Assembly (NCBI GenBank): GCA_963662615.2 | Contig: CAXXSR010000001.1 | Span: 1,696,001-1,760,000 of the forward strand | Source: Dehalococcoidia bacterium | Lineage (GTDB): Bacteria > Chloroflexota > Dehalococcoidia > Bin125 | Direction of reading: 5' to 3' | Length of the DNA: 64,000 nt | Part shown: one piece after another, positions 29,308-39,398 of the stretch | Position numbering within the stretch: position 1 is the first letter of the stretch | Layout: every line of letters starts with the position of its first letter | Program-made: the position numbers and the translations under genes | The notes under the pieces: model-generated | What the model was told of the DNA's origin: nothing | The model's database searches: none | What the model saw: only the letters and a program-made list of their open reading frames with translations

Positions 29308-30024
29308 ATGAAACTTGAAAGACGTGTCGCTTTGGTGACTGGAGCCTCGCGCGGCCTGGGGCTCGAGATCGCCAGGGCCTACGCAGGCCGCGGCGCGAAG
29401 TTGGTGATCGCGGCACGAGGCGGGGACAGGCTCGCGGCTGCAGCTGCAGAACTGGAGCGCCGCACTGAGGTCGCTGCGCTCACGCTGGACGTTTCCGAGG
29501 ACGCCGAGCAGTTGGTGGAAGCCGGACTGCGACGCTTCGGGCGCATCGACGTGCTCGTGAACAACGCCTCCGACCTCGGCCCAAGCCCAATGCCCCCCCT
29601 GGATCAGTACCCGTGGCAAGCGCTGCAGCGCGTGCTCAAGGTGAATGTGTTGGCGCCGCTGCATCTGACGCAGTTGGTCCTGCCGGGCATGCGAGCGCGA
29701 GGGGAGGGCGTCATCATCAACGTCACCTCGGACGCTGGAGTTGCGGCCTACCCGGGCTGGGGCGGCTACGGCGCCAGCAAGGCGGCGCTCGAACACATAT
29801 CGCGGACCCTGGGCAACGAGCTTAAGGGGACCGGCGTTCGCGTCTACCTCGTGGACCCCGGCGACATGAACACGGCGATGCACCGACTGGCGGAGCCGGG
29901 CGTCAACCTCTCAGCCCTGCCCGGCCCCGAGGTCGCGGCGCCGGCCTTCGTTCGACTCGTGGAGGACGAGACGGCGCCGTTCGCGCGCGTAGAGGCACAG
30001 GCGCTTGTCGCGCCGAAGCACTAA
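29308..30024 (+). CDS. SDR family oxidoreductase
   Basis: TGASRGLG, NNAS, YGASK, DPGDMNT. AAGGAG RBS. Confidence 0.92.
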   Translation: MKLERRVALVTGASRGLGLEIARAYAGRGAKLVIAARGGDRLAAAAAELERRTEVAALTLDVSEDAEQLVEAGLRRFGRIDVLVNNASDLGPSPMPPLDQYPWQALQRVLKVNVLAPLHLTQLVLPGMRARGEGVIINVTSDAGVAAYPGWGGYGASKAALEHISRTLGNELKGTGVRVYLVDPGDMNTAMHRLAEPGVNLSALPGPEVAAPAFVRLVEDETAPFARVEAQALVAPKH

Positions 30025-30037
30025 GGAGAGACCGACA

Positions 30038-31075
30038 ATGCTTAGTACAATCGAGCGCCCCCAACACCGCCTCGAGTCGCTTGACTTCACGCTCCCACCG
30101 TCGCTGGAAGCCCGCGAGCCTCCAGAGGCGCGCGGGCTTGCGCGCGACGACGTACGGCTCCTGGTGAGCTATCGAGAGGACGACCGCGTCGTCGACACCA
30201 CCTTTCGCGACCTCCCACGGCTCTTGCATCCCGGTGACCTGATCGTCGTCAACGATTCCGCCACGCTCCCGGCAGCGCTCAGCGTCCTGCGAGACGACGG
30301 CAGCCAGCTCGCGCTCCACCTTTCCACGCAGCTCGCCCCAGATGAGTGGGTCGTCGAGCCGCGACACGCCGCGGTGCGGGAGGGCGAGATCCTCGAGCTG
30401 CCGGGCAGAGCGACGGCTCGCCTCCTGGCAACGTACCGCGGATCGAGCCGCCTGTGGGTGGCGCAACTGGCCCTGCCGGCCTCGCTCAGTGCCTACCTCC
30501 ACACCTGGGGCCGGCCGATCTCGTACCCCTACGTGGAGCGCGACTGGCCGCTGGAGGCATATCAGACGGTCTTCGCGAGTCGGCCGGGGTCGGCGGAGAT
30601 GCCCTCGGCTGGGCGCGCGTTGAGCGCCCGCACGCTCGAGGCGCTCGCCGATCGGGGCGTGGCGGTGCGGGCGATTACGTTGCACACCGGTGTCGCGAGC
30701 CCTGAGGCGGACGAGCCGCCGTCCGCAGAGTGGTTCGCGGTCTCAGACGAGACGGCTGCCGCGATCCGCTCTGCCAGGGCGCGGCACAGTCGCGTGGTGG
30801 CGGTGGGCACGACCGTCGTTCGGGCGGCGGAGTCCGCCGCGGACGACAACGGCGACGTGCGGGGCTTGTCCGGCTGGACCGATCTCGTGATCACGCCCGA
30901 ACGGGGCGCCGCCTCGATCGACGCGCTCCTCACGGGATTCCATGAGCCGCGCGCAAGTCATCTGCAGATGCTCGAGGCGATTGCGGGCCGCCGCCACATT
31001 CAGGTCGCGTATGCCCACGCCCTGGACCGCGGATACCTCTGGCATGAGTTCGGCGACCTGCACCTGATCCTCTGA
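30038..31075 (+). CDS. QueA-like protein (SAM:tRNA ribosyltransferase-isomerase family, divergent paralog)
   Basis: LDFTLP, GDLIVVNDS, YQTVFA, AVGTTVVR and GFHEP fit the QueA fold, but the canonical signature motifs are altered. Confidence 0.85.
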   Translation: MLSTIERPQHRLESLDFTLPPSLEAREPPEARGLARDDVRLLVSYREDDRVVDTTFRDLPRLLHPGDLIVVNDSATLPAALSVLRDDGSQLALHLSTQLAPDEWVVEPRHAAVREGEILELPGRATARLLATYRGSSRLWVAQLALPASLSAYLHTWGRPISYPYVERDWPLEAYQTVFASRPGSAEMPSAGRALSARTLEALADRGVAVRAITLHTGVASPEADEPPSAEWFAVSDETAAAIRSARARHSRVVAVGTTVVRAAESAADDNGDVRGLSGWTDLVITPERGAASIDALLTGFHEPRASHLQMLEAIAGRRHIQVAYAHALDRGYLWHEFGDLHLIL

Positions 31076-31091
31076 CAGAGCATCGTCTCCT

Positions 31092-31524
31092 GGTTCTGTC
31101 AGATCGCAGGGCGCGCGAGCTTCGCGTAGCCTCGCCCATGACGCGACGAGGAGACGCCGATGCGCTGACCGCGCTGTCGTGCGACCGCCACGACCACACG
31201 GAAGCGCGCGACATCGCTGCAACTAACATTTGAACAGCTGGATTGCGCAGGATCAGCGGGCCAGCAAGCAGCGCCCCTTCTCCCTGCGTGGGTTCGGGAG
31301 TTTCGCCTCAGCTGCCCAGTTCTGCGCGGCCTTCGATGCGCTGCGCCAGGACGTCCCCGTACGGCCCCGCTCCGGCCTCCCGATCCCGTTAGCGACGCAG
31401 CGCCGGCTGTTCGTCGCCCGTTGGCGGTCCCTGATCCTGGTGATGCTGGCCGCGTAGGACACCATCGGCCGTCGCCGGATCACCACGCTTCGTTTGTCCC
31501 GCTGCCTTCAGATCTGAGAGAACC
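31092..31524 (+). mobile_element. Internally deleted IS6-family element with 14-bp terminal inverted repeats and a transposase C-terminal relic
   Basis: GGTTCTGTCAGATC (31092-31105) / GATCTGAGAGAACC (31511-31524, 1 mismatch). The internal NSWIAQDQRASKQR..RGFGSFASAAQFC resembles IS6 NNRIEQDHR..KQR..GF. Confidence 0.8.
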
Positions 31525-31575
31525 GGCCAGGCCGACCACTGTAGGATTCCGGACAAGCGCGAAAGGGGGAGACCA

Positions 31576-32787
31576 ATGGCAGAGATCAAGGTCTATGGAG
31601 CGCCGTGGTGCCCAGATTGCCGACGGACGAAGGCGTTCCTGGCCGAGCACCACACGCCGTACGACTGGATCGACATCGACGAGGACGCCGCCAGTCTTCG
31701 CTATGTGGAGGATCTGCAGAACGGCGGTCATAGCATTCCTACCGTCGTCTTCGCGGACGGCAGTTTCCTGGTCGAACCGTCGAATGAGGAGGTCGCGAGC
31801 AAGCTGGGCCTGGCCCTGGAACCAGAGCGGTCGTCCTACGACCTGGCGATCGTCGGCGGGGGGCCAGCGGGCCTGGCGGCGGCGATCTACGCGGCGCGCG
31901 AGGGCATGGATACGGTGGTCATTGAGAAGAGCGGCTTGGGCGGACAGGCCGGCGTGACCGAACGGATCGACAATTACCCGGGCTTTCCGGACGGCATTGG
32001 CGGCGGTGAGCTGGCGGATCGCTTCGTGGCTCAGGCTCAGCGCTACGGGGTGGAGCTGCTCTCGGCGGTGGGCGTTACGAAGATTGAGAAGGACGGCGAG
32101 GAAGTGGAGCTACGGCTCAGCACCGGCGCCGCCGTCTGCGCCCACGCGGCGATCGTGGCGACGGGCGCATCGTACCGGCGCCTGGGCCTCCCCGGCGAGG
32201 ACGATCTGATTGGCGCCGGCGTCCACTTCTGCGCCACCTGTGACGGCCCCTTCTACAAAGGCGCGGAGGAGTTGCTGGTCATCGGCGGTGGCAACTCCGC
32301 GCTTGAAGAGGGCCTCTTCCTCTCCCAATTCGCGCAACGCATCCGGATCGTGGAGTTCAATCCGGCGCTGAAGGCGTCGCAACTGCTGCAGGATAAGGTG
32401 CGTGCCCATCCGCAATTCGTGGTGCACACGAACACGGAGGTGACGGCGCTGCGCGGCCGCGCCGGCAAGCTCAGCGAAGTCGTGGCGCGGGACCGCGCCA
32501 CAGGCGAGGAGATGCGCTGGACCCCTGCCGCCGCCTTCGTCTTCATTGGCCTCACGCCGAACAGCGGCTTTCTCAATGGCGCGGTGCGGCTGGACCGGTG
32601 GGGATTCATTGAGAGCGATGCCGTCTTCGAGTCGTCGCTGCCTGGGCTGTTTGTGGCGGGCGACGTGCGGGCCGGCTCCACCAAGCAGTTAGGGTCGGCG
32701 GTGGGAGACGGCATCGCGGCGCTGCTGCACGTGCGGGAATACCTCAAAGAGCACGCGCATGTGAGTCGCACGTCGGTGAACGCGTGA
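31576..32787 (+). CDS. trxB: Glutaredoxin/mycoredoxin-like domain fused to thioredoxin reductase
   Basis: N-terminal WCPDC..SIPTV, then GGGPAGL, CATCDG, GGGNSA, AGDVR. Confidence 0.9.
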   Translation: MAEIKVYGAPWCPDCRRTKAFLAEHHTPYDWIDIDEDAASLRYVEDLQNGGHSIPTVVFADGSFLVEPSNEEVASKLGLALEPERSSYDLAIVGGGPAGLAAAIYAAREGMDTVVIEKSGLGGQAGVTERIDNYPGFPDGIGGGELADRFVAQAQRYGVELLSAVGVTKIEKDGEEVELRLSTGAAVCAHAAIVATGASYRRLGLPGEDDLIGAGVHFCATCDGPFYKGAEELLVIGGGNSALEEGLFLSQFAQRIRIVEFNPALKASQLLQDKVRAHPQFVVHTNTEVTALRGRAGKLSEVVARDRATGEEMRWTPAAAFVFIGLTPNSGFLNGAVRLDRWGFIESDAVFESSLPGLFVAGDVRAGSTKQLGSAVGDGIAALLHVREYLKEHAHVSRTSVNA

Positions 32788-32853
32788 TGGGCTGAGCGGC
32801 GATGCGCGACATCGCGCGGCGGGCCGCGGTCGATCGGGGACCAACGGCGCGCC

Positions 32854-33993
32854 TCACTGTGCCACGAAGGTGCGGCTAACGTCGTTGACGATCACCGTGT
32901 ATTCCGTACCGGAAACGAAATCCGTGCCCAGGGGCACGTTGTGTTCCACTGTGCGGAAAATGTCGATGCAGGCGATCTCCGCCTCCGGCGCGGGCACGAG
33001 ATTCCAGACATCGATGCGGATGGTCGTGTCCTCACGAGTGACGTCATTGCGGTCGAACTCCGCGCAGCCGTCCGGCAGGATGGAGACAATGTGTGCAAAA
33101 TACTGCGGCGGAAACGACTCCGCCACGATCACCTCAAGCGATTGGATGGGCGCGAGCGCCGAAACCGTCGGAAACGGATCGCCACTTGCGGGGATCGTGA
33201 CGGGGAAGAAGTACAACGCGTCGCCCGTCAAGGGGACGCCGTTCGCGGCCGCGCCCCCCAGATCCCCCCACGCCGCGAACACGCTCAGGATGTAGTCGCC
33301 TGGATCGATAGTCGGTGTCCATGTGAGGTCCGGGCCGCCCGTATCGAAGGTGGTGCTCACGCCCGTGCCGACCTGGTCTGGCGTGGATAGGTTCAGGAAC
33401 ACCGAACCGGGGATCGGCTGGTCCCAGCGGAGGCGCACGAGGCCGTCCGGGAGGGGGATGAACGAATCGACGGCGGGGAAGAAAGGTGGGGAATCAGCGC
33501 ACAGCCCAATTCCCTGGACCAGGTCCGCGGGCCAGCAATAGCTGCCGCGCTCGGGCTCGTGGATCTGGTCTCCCACCAGGAGCCGCACGGCGGGTGGACT
33601 TGACGGGAGGCCCGCCGCCCCCGCGGGCGGGAAGCTCCACGTGCGGTCGCTCTGCACGAAGATGAAGTACGGTCGGCCGTGCTCGAGATCGGTGAAGCCC
33701 TGCAGCGCCGACGGGAGCAGCGGCGACTAGAGCAGCCAGGCCTGGCCGACGTTGTCGAACGACCAGATCACGTTGACCCACTCGCGGATGTCATTCAGGG
33801 CCGCGTCGACGGGCAACGTGGGGCCGCCATAGGTCACCAGGTTGCCGCCGTTCACCATGTCCACCGTGGAAGGCTCATGGCCGGCGCTGGCCACGTCCCT
33901 CTGCGACCAGGCGGCAAGAAGAACGGCGCCGGCGACCAACGCACAAGAGACAGCCGCAAAGACGAAGGTCCGCTTGGGTCGAACTGCTGTCAT
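32854..33993 (-). pseudogene. Secreted multi-domain protein interrupted by an in-frame TAG at 33727-33729
   Basis: The signal-peptide ORF 33727..33993 and ORF 32854..33657 are in the same frame. Readthrough gives WLL*SPLLPSALQGFTDLEHGRPYFIFV. C-terminal AESFPPQY..LPDGC domain. Confidence 0.7.
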
Positions 33994-34081
33994 GGGCGAA
34001 TCATCCTCTCGATTCGCGACCCGGACACATCCAGAGGCCGCCGGGCGAGGCGAAAGCGATCGTGTCCTCGCGCACCTCGCG

Positions 34082-35521
34082 TCATGTCAGCTCCATCAGG
34101 GGCGGCTCCGGCGGAATCTCAATGGGACAGCCGGTGGCGCCCCGGACGTCCGCCGGGGTGACCCCGGGGGCGATCTCGCGCAGCACGAGGCCATCCGGCG
34201 TCACATCGATGAGGGCAAGGTTCGTGACGATCGTCGAGACGCACCCTGCTCCGGTGAGAGGGTAGCTGCACCGCGAGACCAGGCGCGGCTCTCCGCTGGA
34301 GGTCGTGTGCTCCATCAAGACAATGACGGGGACGCGGCCGGCGATCAGGTCCATGGCGCCGCCAATGCCACCGATTCCGGCGCCGGGCAGGCGCCAGTTG
34401 GCGAGGTCGCCGGCTGCGGAGACCTGGAAGGCGCCCAGGACGATCGCGTCGAGATGGCCGCCGCGCGCCATGGCGAAGGCGACCGTGCTGTCGAAGGCCG
34501 CGGCGCCGGCCACGGGGGCAACGGGCTGCCCACCGGCGTTGTAGTAGTTGGGGTCCCAGGCGTTCAGATCGTCGACACTGACGTAACCGTAGAGCCCGTT
34601 TTCCGCGTGGAGGAGCGCGGGCGCGCCCACTTCGTCGAGCCAGCCGCCGACGAGCGTCGGCAAGCCGATGCCCAGATTAACGGAGCGGTAGCCGGCGCCG
34701 GCGATGATGCGGGCCACACGGAGCGCCATGAGGTCGCGGGGCAGGCCGGCGATCTCGCGCGGGGCTCTATCGCCCCGCGTCGGGTCACGGCCCAGCGCGA
34801 ACACCTCCGCCATGACCTCCTCACGCGGGATCTCCTCCCGCACCACACGGTCCACGTAGATTCCGGGGACGTGGATCGCCTCTGGCGCCAGGCTGCCGCT
34901 GGGAACGATCTCCTCGACCTCGGCAACAACCGTGTCAGCGGCGGTGGCCATGGCGACATTGAAGTTTTGGCCCACTCCGGAAACCGTGAGATTGCCAAGT
35001 TCGTCCGCCCGCGTGGCGCGCAGGAGGGCGAAGTCCGCCCGCAGCGCCGATTCCAGCAGGTGAGGGCGGCCGTTGAAAACGCGCTTCTCTTTCTCCGCGG
35101 TGTCGGCAATGGTGGCCACCCCGGTCGGCGTGTAGAACGCGGCGATGCCCGCCCCGCCCGCGCGGATGCGCTCCACGAACGTTCCCTGAGGGACAAGCTC
35201 AACCTCCAGCTTGCCCGCCAGCATCTGATCTTCAGAAGCGGTCTTGCGGCCAAGGAAGCTGCCAAACGATCCAATGAATCTTCGGATCAGCTCTCGCTCG
35301 GCCAGGACTTGCGGTGAATAGCGGCCGAAACCGAGAGTGTTGGCGATGATCGTGAGCTCGCCGGCCCCGTGGCCGGCGAGCGCTTGCAGCAGGGTATTGG
35401 GCCAGCCGTGAATGACGGCGAACCCCCCCACCATGACTGCCATCCCCGGCTCAACGTCGCGCACCGCGTCTGCCGCGGTAGCCACGACCTTCGACTCCAC
35501 GGTCGCTCCCTCCGCGGCCAT
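34082..35521 (-). CDS. Fused alpha/beta 3-oxoacid CoA-transferase (family I)
   Basis: VMVGGF, PQGTFVERIRAGGAGI, IHVPGIYVD, VNLGIGLP, catalytic AENG, GIGGAMDL. Confidence 0.92.
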   Translation of the reverse strand: MAAEGATVESKVVATAADAVRDVEPGMAVMVGGFAVIHGWPNTLLQALAGHGAGELTIIANTLGFGRYSPQVLAERELIRRFIGSFGSFLGRKTASEDQMLAGKLEVELVPQGTFVERIRAGGAGIAAFYTPTGVATIADTAEKEKRVFNGRPHLLESALRADFALLRATRADELGNLTVSGVGQNFNVAMATAADTVVAEVEEIVPSGSLAPEAIHVPGIYVDRVVREEIPREEVMAEVFALGRDPTRGDRAPREIAGLPRDLMALRVARIIAGAGYRSVNLGIGLPTLVGGWLDEVGAPALLHAENGLYGYVSVDDLNAWDPNYYNAGGQPVAPVAGAAAFDSTVAFAMARGGHLDAIVLGAFQVSAAGDLANWRLPGAGIGGIGGAMDLIAGRVPVIVLMEHTTSSGEPRLVSRCSYPLTGAGCVSTIVTNLALIDVTPDGLVLREIAPGVTPADVRGATGCPIEIPPEPPLMELT

Positions 35522-35714
35522 GCACCCTCAGCGCCCATGCTACCGCGCTGCCCGGCGGTCGACGCCGTCGGCAAGCCCTTCTACTGGCGTTCAACCCAGG
35601 GCATGAGAGCGGCGGCCCAGCAACAGCAGGAGCCGCTAGACACAGCACGGCGCTGCCGAGACGGCAGCGGCAGTCGCACGGACCAGAGGCGCTGGGGAAT
35701 CGTGGCGGCGGGGC

Positions 35715-36437
35715 CTAGGAAGTCCCCGAACCCAAGTAAAGCTCCTGCATCACGCCCGTGCCCCGCATGTCAGAGAGATCGCCGGACGCCATGATCTCGC
35801 CGGTCTGCATGAGATAGCCGCGCTGGGCCACGGCGAGGGCCAAGCCAGCGTTCTGCTCCACGAGCAAGACGGAGGCGCCGAACTCCTCTTGCAGGCCCTT
35901 GATGATCCCTTGGAGGTCACGGACCAGGACGGGCGAAAGCCCCAGCGACGGCTCGTCCAGCAAGATCAGGGTAGGACGCGCCATCAAGCCCCGCGCGATC
36001 GCGAGCATCTGCTGTTGACCGCCGCTGAGGTCGCTGCCTTGCGCGCCCAGCCGGTCCCGCAGGACGGGGAAATATTCCAGCATCCGCTCAAGGTCCTGCG
36101 GCACTTCCGACTTGTCCTTGCGCGGGTAGGCGCCCAGCTCAAGATTGTCGCTGACGGTGAGGCCTTCGAAGATGCGCCGGCCCTCCGGGACCAGACTGAT
36201 CCCCCCCTTGGCAACGCGGTCGGCCGGCCAGGCGGTGATGTCCTTATCCTGGAAGCGGATGTGGCCGCCCGCCACCTTGAGGAGACCGGAAACGGCGTTG
36301 AGGAGCGTGGACTTGCCCGCCCCATTGGGGCCGAGGATGGCGACGATCTCCCCTTCGTTTACCTCTAGAGAAATCCCGCGGTGGACGCGCGTGCGTCCGT
36401 AGGCTGTATGGAGATCGTCAATTTCCAGTAAGCTCAA
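35715..36437 (-). CDS. livF: Branched-chain amino acid-type ABC ATPase LivF
   Basis: GPNGAGKS, VPEGRRIF, LSGGQQQMLAIARGLM, DEPSLGL. TTG start. Confidence 0.92.
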   Translation of the reverse strand: MSLLEIDDLHTAYGRTRVHRGISLEVNEGEIVAILGPNGAGKSTLLNAVSGLLKVAGGHIRFQDKDITAWPADRVAKGGISLVPEGRRIFEGLTVSDNLELGAYPRKDKSEVPQDLERMLEYFPVLRDRLGAQGSDLSGGQQQMLAIARGLMARPTLILLDEPSLGLSPVLVRDLQGIIKGLQEEFGASVLLVEQNAGLALAVAQRGYLMQTGEIMASGDLSDMRGTGVMQELYLGSGTS

Positions 36438-37161
36438 CGTCGCCTCCCAGATAGACTTCCAGGACCTTGGGATCGTTGCGCACTTCTTCGGGCGGACCTT
36501 CCTTGATCTTGTAGCCGAAGTCAAGCACGATCAGCCGTTCGCAAAGCGTCATCATCAACTTCATGTCGTGGTCAATAACGGCAACAGTGATGTGGCGCGC
36601 CGAGATGGCACGGATGAGGGTGGCGAGGTCGGCGGTCTCGCGGTCGTTGAGGCCGGCGGCGGGCTCGTCGGCGAGGAGCAAGCGCGGCTGGCTGCCCAAG
36701 GCGATGGCCAGTCCCAGCTTGCGCAAATTCCCGAAGCCCAGGTTGGCGGCGCCCTCGCCTGCCAAGTGACTGAGCTCCACAAAATCCAAGATCTCCGTCG
36801 GCGTGGTCAAGCCCCCGTTGGCGCCGTCCTCTCGCTTGCGACTGTGCTGACAGGCAATGCGCACGTTCTCCGCGATCGAGAGAGCGGAGAAGGCCATGGC
36901 CTGCTGGAAGGTGCGTCCGATCCCTTTCTTGGCCACTACGTGCGGGGCCTTGGCGGTAATGTCCTCGCCCAGCCAGGAGACGTGCCCTGACGTGGGACGG
37001 TGGACGCCCGTGATCACGTTGAAGAGCGTGGTCTTCCCGGACCCGTTCGGACCAATAATGCCCAGAATCTCGCCCTCGTTCACGGTCAGGTCGACCCCGG
37101 CCAGCGCGACCACACCGCCGAACCGCTTCTCCAAGCGCTGCACTTCAAGTATCGCGGGCAT
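36418..37161 (-). CDS. livG: Branched-chain amino acid-type ABC ATPase LivG
   Basis: KRFGGVVAL, GPNGSGKT, GIGRTFQ, DEPAAGLN, DPKVLEVYLG. Confidence 0.92.
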   Translation of the reverse strand: MPAILEVQRLEKRFGGVVALAGVDLTVNEGEILGIIGPNGSGKTTLFNVITGVHRPTSGHVSWLGEDITAKAPHVVAKKGIGRTFQQAMAFSALSIAENVRIACQHSRKREDGANGGLTTPTEILDFVELSHLAGEGAANLGFGNLRKLGLAIALGSQPRLLLADEPAAGLNDRETADLATLIRAISARHITVAVIDHDMKLMMTLCERLIVLDFGYKIKEGPPEEVRNDPKVLEVYLGGDVELTGN

Positions 37162-37626
37162 CTCCACCCTCCCGATCATTGACCGCTGCCGCCTGCGGCG
37201 GCAGCGGAAAACGGATACGCACGCCGATCAGCGTGGGCGTTCACTCCCTCAGGCCGATCCAGACGGTCCAGATCTCGCCACCGAACCCCGTCGGCCGCGG
37301 GCTGCCGGCGGCGATCCGGATGATACTGTACGCGATCGCGCGAGCCGACGAACGCCGTAGCCAACGGATCCGACGGCAGGAGCTTCGCGAAGTCCAGCAC
37401 CCTGCTCCGCCAGGGAAGTTTCGGCGGCCCGCCCCTCGTTGACGGGGCGCCACCGCAACGTCGCGCGGAGCGGACGCGGGGGCCTGCAGGCGGTTGCCCG
37501 GCCCTTGCGCGGCCACGGTCCGCAACCAGGGAGGGCCGGCACAAGTCGCCCATCAGGCGGCGGCGGAGGGGCCGGCCGATCGTGGTCGAACAGGAACCGG
37601 CGCCACGCTGCCGCGTCTTCCGCGGA

Positions 37627-38520
37627 TCACTCCTGTGCAACTCGTGATCCCCCCGTGCCTCGCAACAGCCCTTGCGGGCGCACCAGGAGGATGATGATCA
37701 TCAAGCCGAAGGCGTACGCGTTCGTCCATTCCGGGGCGAAGTAGCCCGCACTCATGGCTTCCAGCTCACCAAGCAACAGCGCGGCCAGGACGGCGCCGTT
37801 GACGTTACCGAGGCCGCCAATAATCGCCACGGCAAAACCCTTGATGACGAAGGTGCCGCCAATAAAGGGCGTGATCGGGAAGAGGCCAATCAGCAAGGCG
37901 CCGCCGATCCCCGCGATCGCGCTCCCGCCAAAGAAGACCAACGTGATGTAGCGCCGCACCGGGATCCCCATCAGCGCCGCGGTCTCACGATCCGCCGCGC
38001 TGGCCCGCAACGCCTGCCCCCACCGACTCCGGCCGATGGCGAAGAACACGGCCACCACCAGCGCGGTGGTCATCCCAATGACGAAGATTCGCGTGGAGGC
38101 GATGCGAACGCCCCCGACCTCCCAGACCGTCGCCAGGGGCCGTGGCACCGCCTGCTGGTCGCCCGTCCAGATATCGGCGACGAAATGTTGCAGGATGATG
38201 ATCAGCCCGATCGAGACGATGAATCCGTTGATAGGATTCTGCAGGGTGAATCGAAACAGTCCGCGCTCAAGGACGAAGCCGAGCCCGCCAACGATGACGA
38301 TCGCCGCCAAGAGGCCCAGGAAATACCAATGGAAGCCGGGGCCCAGGCCCGTCTCTTGCTGGACGAACCAGACCGTGTAGCCGCCGATCATGAGCATTTC
38401 GCCGTGCGCGAAATTGACGATCCCGGTCAAACCAAAGATGAGTGTGATGCCCACGGCGACCAGGGCGATGACCGCGGCAATGGAGAGCCCGTTCAGCGCT
38501 TGCTGAAAGAAGATATCCAT
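37627..38520 (-). CDS. livH: Liv-type ABC permease LivH, copy 1
   Basis: GITLIFGLTGIVNFAHGE, ALRASAADRETAALMGI, IIGGLGN, LLVRPQGL. Confidence 0.92.
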   Translation of the reverse strand: MDIFFQQALNGLSIAAVIALVAVGITLIFGLTGIVNFAHGEMLMIGGYTVWFVQQETGLGPGFHWYFLGLLAAIVIVGGLGFVLERGLFRFTLQNPINGFIVSIGLIIILQHFVADIWTGDQQAVPRPLATVWEVGGVRIASTRIFVIGMTTALVVAVFFAIGRSRWGQALRASAADRETAALMGIPVRRYITLVFFGGSAIAGIGGALLIGLFPITPFIGGTFVIKGFAVAIIGGLGNVNGAVLAALLLGELEAMSAGYFAPEWTNAYAFGLMIIILLVRPQGLLRGTGGSRVAQE

Positions 38521-39398
38521 GGCCGGTCAGCCCCCTTGCGCTCCGCCGGCGCGGTCAGCGCGTGGCCCGAGTCCCGATCAGCGGACCCATCGTCCGCCCC
38601 CGCAGGCCACTGGCGCTGGCAGGCATCGCGATTGCTCCCGCCACTACGCCTCTGTGGCCCCCAACCTGACCCGATTCATACCCCGTCGCAGTGCACCGCG
38701 CAACCGACCTCGCTTCGAACTCGGCAGGAAGGCTAATGCTCGTAGGTCCGCGCGGCACCTTAGCTTCGTCAACCGCTCGTGCAGGCTGGCTGCGGCCGCC
38801 GCCGCCGAACGCGCTCCAGCCGGGCGAGGCGTGAGTATCTAACACCGTCACACGGGCGTCAACGTCGCCGCTGGGAACGACCGGTCCGCCCGCACCCCCA
38901 CGTGCGGCCGCCAGTCCTGGTCGCCCCCGAGCAGGAGCCCTGCGCCGAGCCCAGATGCCGGAAAGTCCTGCAGGCGCGAGACGAGGACTCCGGGCAACCC
39001 GCGACGGTCCCGCGGAGAGGCGAAGGCCTGGGGCGCGGCCGTCGCCCACGGTGATCGCACTGGCGGCTGCGTTCGCCGGTCTCCTTACTCTGTCGCCCCG
39101 ACTGCGCCCCAGGTGAACCGTTGCGAAATTCGGCTAATTCTGCTGGCTAAATGGGTCAGAGTGCGGGTCCGGAACGAACCTGCAGCCGGAACTGGAGGAG
39201 TGTGCACAGAGCGAGCAAAAGCTCGACACTCGGTTGAGGGTTGGCGTGAGGCACACGCTGGGGCCTTCTGGGCCGTGGCGGGAGGGGCTGCACGCGGAGC
39301 TGAAGGGGGGCCAGGCTACGTAAATGAAGCGAGGGAGGATTCCGAGTACCGACATACTCAGACACAAGCACGAGAAGGAAGGAAGAAGGAGCGAGAGG

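Noticed and set aside
30038-31075. Assigning the gene symbol queA
   Set aside because: Signature motifs differ from canonical QueA and tgt is not adjacent.
33727-33729. Pyrrolysine or genome-wide TAG recoding
   Set aside because: TAG terminates several intact genes here (ada, mmsA, menF), there are no pyl genes in the window, and the protein is not a methyltransferase.
37176-37626. livM remnant in the gap between livH and livG
   Set aside because: No hydrophobic or LivM-like translation in any frame; only a GC hairpin at 37183-37207.
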